Assembly (NCBI RefSeq): GCF_009914755.1
Contig: NC_060927.1
Reading direction: 5' to 3' (one strand)
Source: the human T2T-CHM13v2.0 reference genome, Homo sapiens
DNA: 64,000 nt
In this document: positions 57,779-64,000 of the stretch, piece after piece
How positions within the stretch are numbered: the stretch's first letter is position 1
Layout: each line of letters starts with the position of its first letter
Translations under genes and position numbers: made by a program
Notes under the pieces: generated by a model
What the model saw: only the letters and a program-made list of their open reading frames with translations
Told to the model about the DNA's origin: nothing
Database searches by the model: none

Positions 57779-58113
57779 CAGTCGACCCTCTCTACCCATG
57801 GGTTCTGCATCTCTGGATTCAACCTACTGAAGACTGGAAATATTTGAAATAAAAAAATGCATCTGTACTGAACATGTACAGTCTTTTTTTCTTGTCATTA
57901 TTCCCTAAATAATGGAGCATAACAACTGTACATAGAGTTTACATCGTATTTGGTAATATAAGTAATCTAGAGATGATTTAAAGTATATGAGAGGATGTAC
58001 ATAGTTTATTTGCAAATACTATGCCATTTTCTATCAGGGATTTGAACATCCACTGATTTTGGTGTCCACGGGAGATCCTAGAACTGATCCCCAACAGATA
58101 CTGAAAAACAATG
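57779..58113 (-). mobile_element. MER2 (TcMar-Tigger MITE)
   Basis: ta|cagtcgaccctc...aacaatg|ta. Contains ataagtaatctagagatgatttaaagtata. Confidence 0.9.
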
Positions 58114-60833
58114 TATTCCTTCATTATCCTGATATTCCCTATTCCATTATTGAATTGGCAAACTGTGTCTTTTTTTTCTCCTCTTTGTCCTTCACTTCTC
58201 TTACTGCTTCCACTTCCTGTGTGTACCTCTAAAAGGACATTGTTACAGAAAATGTAATAATCCCTTTCAGGAGAAAGCAGAATCTGCCATATCTCATTGA
58301 GTACATCTGCTTAATATTCCTGCAGTCTTGTTTAATATTTTTAGTTTTGAAATATTTGAACAATAGGACCTGGGCAGTTGCTCTTGTTAAACACAAGGAA
58401 TAACTCATCAAATTGCCCCAAGTTTTCTATTCTAACTGCCTAATTCAATTTTCTTCAGTCTCAGTTGGACATTTAGGGAATGCTAGAGAAAAGGACACAG
58501 AGTACATGATGGAAGTTTTGCTGGACTTTTGTCCTGACCTGTCATTTATAACCTAATTGAAGTGAGAAAAATTCTGTGTGGATACATACTGCCTCAACTT
58601 AATCCTAAATCATTTGAGAGGTCTACCTAACCTTTCTCAGGAACTAATTTAAGAGCTTTACAAGGTAACTGAGTTATTCCAGTCCTTTGAAAGCTTCCTT
58701 TACTCTCTTCCCTATAAACTGATATTGGCTTTGTTACCCAGGATTTGACTCTGTGTTTTAACTCTACTGGATTTCCCAGGAGCTTGACACTGTGTTCCAC
58801 AGGAATACATTATGGGTATAAAACTCCTCACTGAAAATAAAGATGACAGATTTTAAGGATGACAGAGTATCTATGTTTAGATGGAAAAAAAAAAAACAGA
58901 TTGGGAAACAAGAAAACTAACTATAGACAATCATCTATCACTTGAATCTTAAGCAAATCTTTAGTAAGTCCCAGTTTCCTGTTTGCTGGCTACACATATT
59001 TATTCCCAGCCCTCAACCTCGGGGAGAGGAATTACCAAAAGAAAACTAATAAACATCGAGTCACATAGAAGTAAACTGAAGAAAACATACGCCGTTAATT
59101 AACCTAGTTATTCCTAGTAGTTAGTTGCTGTGCATTTTTGACACTGGCACATAGCTAAGAACAGCCAGAAATATGTTTATAAGATGTTTGTTATATAAAA
59201 CTATAGTATTTTAGAAATTTTGCCAAATTCTCTCATTCAGAAGATAAGAAAACTAAGTATTGGAGGCATTTCATCAACTCACTGATGGAGTTTGGACAAG
59301 AAAATATGTGTCTTCTAACTTTTCCCATCCACATTTTACTTTAGCAGCATTTTTCTTTAATTTAGCAATTAGCTTTTATATTACTGACAACAATGTTTTT
59401 CTCCTATACCTATGTGTGATACATATTCCTTTTGGGTTTTTTTGTTTGTTTGTTTGGTTTTGTTTTTGCAACAATACTTACTGGAACATTTTATGCAAGG
59501 GTATCAAATTAATAGAATTTTGTAAATGAATATGAGCCAATCAAGTAGAATGGATTAAGTCTCACTTGTGAGTAAAGAGTTTGCAGTTAAATAATAAGAT
59601 CATATTCTTTATGCATGGCTAGCTACACAGGCTCCATGTGAAATTAGTAGAGGTTTCTCTCTTTTCACTCCTTGAAAGAGGAAATGAAATTTGGCTTTAT
59701 TTATATTGATAGACCATAAGAGCATGTGTCTTTGGAGGTATCATTAGATAAGGAACAAAGACGAGTCCAATCTGAGAGTTAAGAAAGATTTTAGAAGTTG
59801 CCTAGTTTAATTTGTCTATTCATGGCAATAATACTTATTCACCCAATTTAATTAAGGAATGACATTTTTTGGCATATATCAATAAACATCAAGCTGATTG
59901 TTTATGGTCTTAGTAGAAGAGCTGGCAGAAGTTGGGTGTATGTGAAGTCAGCCTGGAGGCAAATCAAAGCAGATGGCAGATTTAAGAGATGACCTCAGGC
60001 TGAGGCAGTGCTAGAATCAGATGTAGACAAAACCAGGAGGCCACAAAAGAAAAAGATTAGGCATAGCAAGTACAGGTTCTTGGTCACTGGGCAAGAAAGA
60101 CTTAGAGTTGTGTCAATGCCCTCCAGTCAAAGACCACCAGGAACAGACCTGTAGTTAAACAAGCTGAGTGTATTCCTTCTTACAGCAAAGGAGAATGCAC
60201 ACCACGGGGAAGTGTGGGGCATCTCAAGAAGAAAGTGTTTGAAAAAACTTGTGGGATTTGGTCTTTGGTTGGGTCATTTTGTGAATGGAACAGGTAGTAG
60301 GGATTCATTCTTGATTGGATTTTCTCAGAAGGAAAGAACAGTTTCACAACTGGATATCTCAGTAACAAGTAATAAAAGAATAATGTCTATACTTAAGTGT
60401 CTTGTTTTCTGATCATTTTTTCCCATCCAGATGAACATGTACATACTCTCCCATCCCTAAAATTTGTATTTTAAGTAAAGAGTTTTCTTCCCATGACTGC
60501 TTTGTTGGGTGTTCATTTTGTATGCTCTTAATTTTTAGTTCCTTGTCGTGGGTTCAGACAAACACACCTCCCTCAGTACTGCCTGTTTGCCTGCTTCTGT
60601 TTTATCTTGCCCTCCTCAAATGTTTTTGATGAAATCAAGTTTTCTCAGCTTGGTTAAATTTCAGAATCAGCCAAGACCCTTGGTAAGGGTACAGATTTCA
60701 AAGATGCTCACTGATTATTATGATTCATTAGCTTTGAGGTAGAACCTGGTAGTCTGTATTTTTATTAAATAGTAAGACGCCATATAAGCAAGCTTCTTAA
60801 ATCTATTAATATTTGTTCATATTAAAAGTAAAT

Positions 60834-61134
<301 letters not shown>

Positions 61135-61809
61135 TCAATGTAAACAGAACCCAAGTGAAGACATTATATTATCCTTTGAGAAAATGTTTTAACTTTTAAA
61201 ATTATCCTTTGAGAAAATGTTGCATTTGCCTTTGGAAATTGTATTTAATGCAGAAAAAGACAAAGAATAACATAATAGACATCTGAATATTTGCTGTCCA
61301 GCATTTTAAAAGGTTAAATTTTAAAAGGTTAAAATTTATCTCACGTTTCAGAAATTTTTAAGTAAAATAAATACCACCAGTAAATATTATTTTTATCTAT
61401 TTACGCTTGTATTTAGTTCTTATCAATCTTGTTCCCTTGTTTTATTCACAATCTTGTTTCCTTGTTTTATTCACAAATGCATAAAAATGCATAAAAATGC
61501 ATATCTTTATGCATTTTTCACCATTATTTTAGACATCTATTTGATCTATCTAGATCTAGTTCATTTATTTCTCACTGCCATATAGTATATACATGTGTAA
61601 ATAATTTCACCATTTAATTTCCTATTCCCCTATTGTTGGATATCTGCTTGATTCTAATATTTTGTTCATATATTCAATGCTGCCTTTTCCCTCCTAGCGC
61701 CTGCCTCCTTGTGCATACACACAAGGGTCTTTAGAATTTATAACGAGTGGTCTAGTTTGTGCATTTTCAACTGTGAAGAAATTGCCAACATGCTTTCCAA
61801 AATGACAAC

Positions 61810-61976
61810 ATATATATATATGTGTGTGTGTGTGTGTGTATGTGTGTGTTACATACACAAAATACTGTATTTCATCAGTACAAACTGTCCATTGGCCTAA
61901 CTAATTAGAGGTGCTGTTTTCTGAATTTTTTGCATATGTATATTTTTTATATACATACATTTTGTGTGTATACATA

Positions 61977-62030
<54 letters not shown>
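61810..62030. repeat. (TA)n/(TG)n microsatellites bracketing a unique insert
   Basis: Seen directly in the sequence. Embedded in an ancient L1ME-like antisense relic. Confidence 0.9.
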
Positions 62031-62034
<4 letters not shown>

Positions 62035-63685
62035 CAGCAGTTTGTCAGAGTTAGCTTTCCCCCATAAACTTACTCACACCAATAAAGTACAGTGTGAAAT
62101 ATTTATACTTACACCATAAAATACAGCATAAAATAGACTTTCAATTTGAGATGTATGAAATAGTAATCTAGTGTTTTAGTTAGCATTTATTTAATTATTG
62201 GTGAGGATGAGCATCTTCTCAAATGCTCTATACTTACTTGGATTCTTGTTCAGTGAATTGGCCTTTCTGACTCTTTGCCCAATTCTCATTGGTTGTGTTG
62301 CTTTTTCCTGTTGATTACCTGTCGATTAGAATTTCTTCATAAATTTGGAATACTACCCCCTATACACATTGCAGGCAATGCACTTTGCTATTATAATTTT
62401 TTACTACCAATTTTTAGCTTTCAGATATATTCCTGATGATTGATAGGGTCTGAAAAGTTACTGCAGGTAAATGTTCCTACAATTAGTTATTTTCCCTGTT
62501 TATAAGAAAATAGATATCACAAAACTTGAGATGATTTAGAGCCTAAGGTAGAGTTTCTATACTTTTGTCATATACATAATAAAACAAAAATAAATAAAAA
62601 AACTAAAGCAATACACTTACAGTTGATCAGCTTTAATTTGATTTTTGCTGAAACAGTAGCCCTGGAAGTTGATGTACTAGTACCTTTCACATCTTTTTCT
62701 AAATTAACGAATTTGTGAAAATTATTTTAGAGAGACGAAGTTACGCTAAGCCTCTTTCTAAAACAAATGTATTCCTCTGTCAATGAAAATTGGAAGGAAT
62801 TAAAGGGCACATTAGCATACAAAATGTAATTTTAAAAAATACTGCTGAAAAGTCAGACCTTCATGTTGCTAATTCTGGTAGTAAAAATAACTCTATAGAT
62901 TTAGCATAACGTGTATGTGTTGCTAGCAGACTAAAGGTTAAACAAATTTAAACTGTTAGACTGAAACTAGTACCCCAAGCTACTTTCAGCTCAATTTTTC
63001 TGGTGAATCAAAAGAAAACAAAAATGCTTGGTAGCTCTTTCTTTCAGTGTAGAGGTAGCTTTGCATTTTTGTAGATGCTGATTTCTAAATATTTGGGTTT
63101 TGTTTGTTTTTTGTTGTTGTTGTTGCTTTTTGCTCACCTTTAGCATCTCAAAAATGCTGAAGCCTGTTCATTTTATAAGATCTCTATTATATGAGACAAG
63201 AAGACACTCAGAATTTTTTAAAAGAAGGATTTTTATAAAATTGCATTCCTAGAATTCTAGATACTGCTTTTAAATTTTCAAATAGAAACACTTGTTTTTA
63301 GAACTGCGTGTTCTTTTTCTCCTGAGCACATCTCTGTCTTATTCTTTTTTTTATAAAATAGGCACAAAATACTCCTCCCATTTTATCAGTACAAACTGTC
63401 CATTGGCCTAACTAATTAGAGGTGCTATTTTCTGAATTTTTTGCTTATTTGTCCCACATGCCTCATAGAAAATGTCAGTCAGCATATTAAGAGGAGGAAG
63501 TATGGGCACCAAAATTAGGCTATGTTTTAAAACCTGGTAGGAGATGGGTCATCCCGAAGCAATATTGAAGAGGAGGAAATGGTTGTCTCCAGCAAGCTAA
63601 TTTCTCTTATCTTCACTCTTTCTTCTTTTAAGCATCCCCTTTACCACTTTCCCACCTATGTACTTCTCCTTTCCACATACAAATA

Positions 63686-63686
<1 letters not shown>

Positions 63687-63725
<39 letters not shown>
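63687..63725. repeat. (CA)n microsatellite
   Basis: Seen directly in the sequence. Confidence 0.95.
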
Positions 63726-63727
<2 letters not shown>

Positions 63728-64000
63728 ACACAATGTCCTTGTGATCTCACCAGTCATCTCATCTCTTCTGTGTTGTATTAACCACTAACAGAGAGGAATA
63801 TATTAAGCTCATTCCAAGTGAAATGTTAGGTAATAGTATCATATCCCTTCCTGAAATATTTATATTGTAACAGAGATGCTAGAAAAACCATTGCCTTGCT
63901 TGTTTTTTCAGTCCAGAATCCATCTGGTACTATGTTGGGACTAAACTGTGATTTAATCCCTGGACACAAAAACTAAAATCTCCCTAGATCCGTCCCTGTC

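Overview
Primate (human-like) nuclear genomic DNA that is AT-rich, has no CpG island and is dominated by interspersed repeats. I see 16 Alus plus a duplicated FAM monomer, several L1 fragments of different ages, MaLR/ERVL/ERV1 LTRs, MER DNA transposons, MIR/L2 relics and microsatellites. No intact host protein-coding gene could be identified, and almost every ORF in the track derives from L1, Alu or ERV sequence or is random. The window looks intronic or intergenic. The most informative items are: (1) a ~195-bp ancient mitochondrial insertion (NUMT: COX2 5' end, tRNA-Asp, tRNA-Ser(UCN)) with a templated junction scar; (2) a degenerate ERV1-type provirus whose env TM frame is restored by removing a MER1 transposon and one TSD; (3) two L1s with twin-priming-like inversions; (4) a cluster of templated insertions and duplications at 58-63.5 kb, including a 27-bp inverted copy written into an Alu from 2.8 kb away; (5) several perfect short hairpins. 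I found no convincing evidence for a new biological system. Repeat subfamily names are recalled from consensus sequences, not database searches, and boundaries of old elements are approximate.
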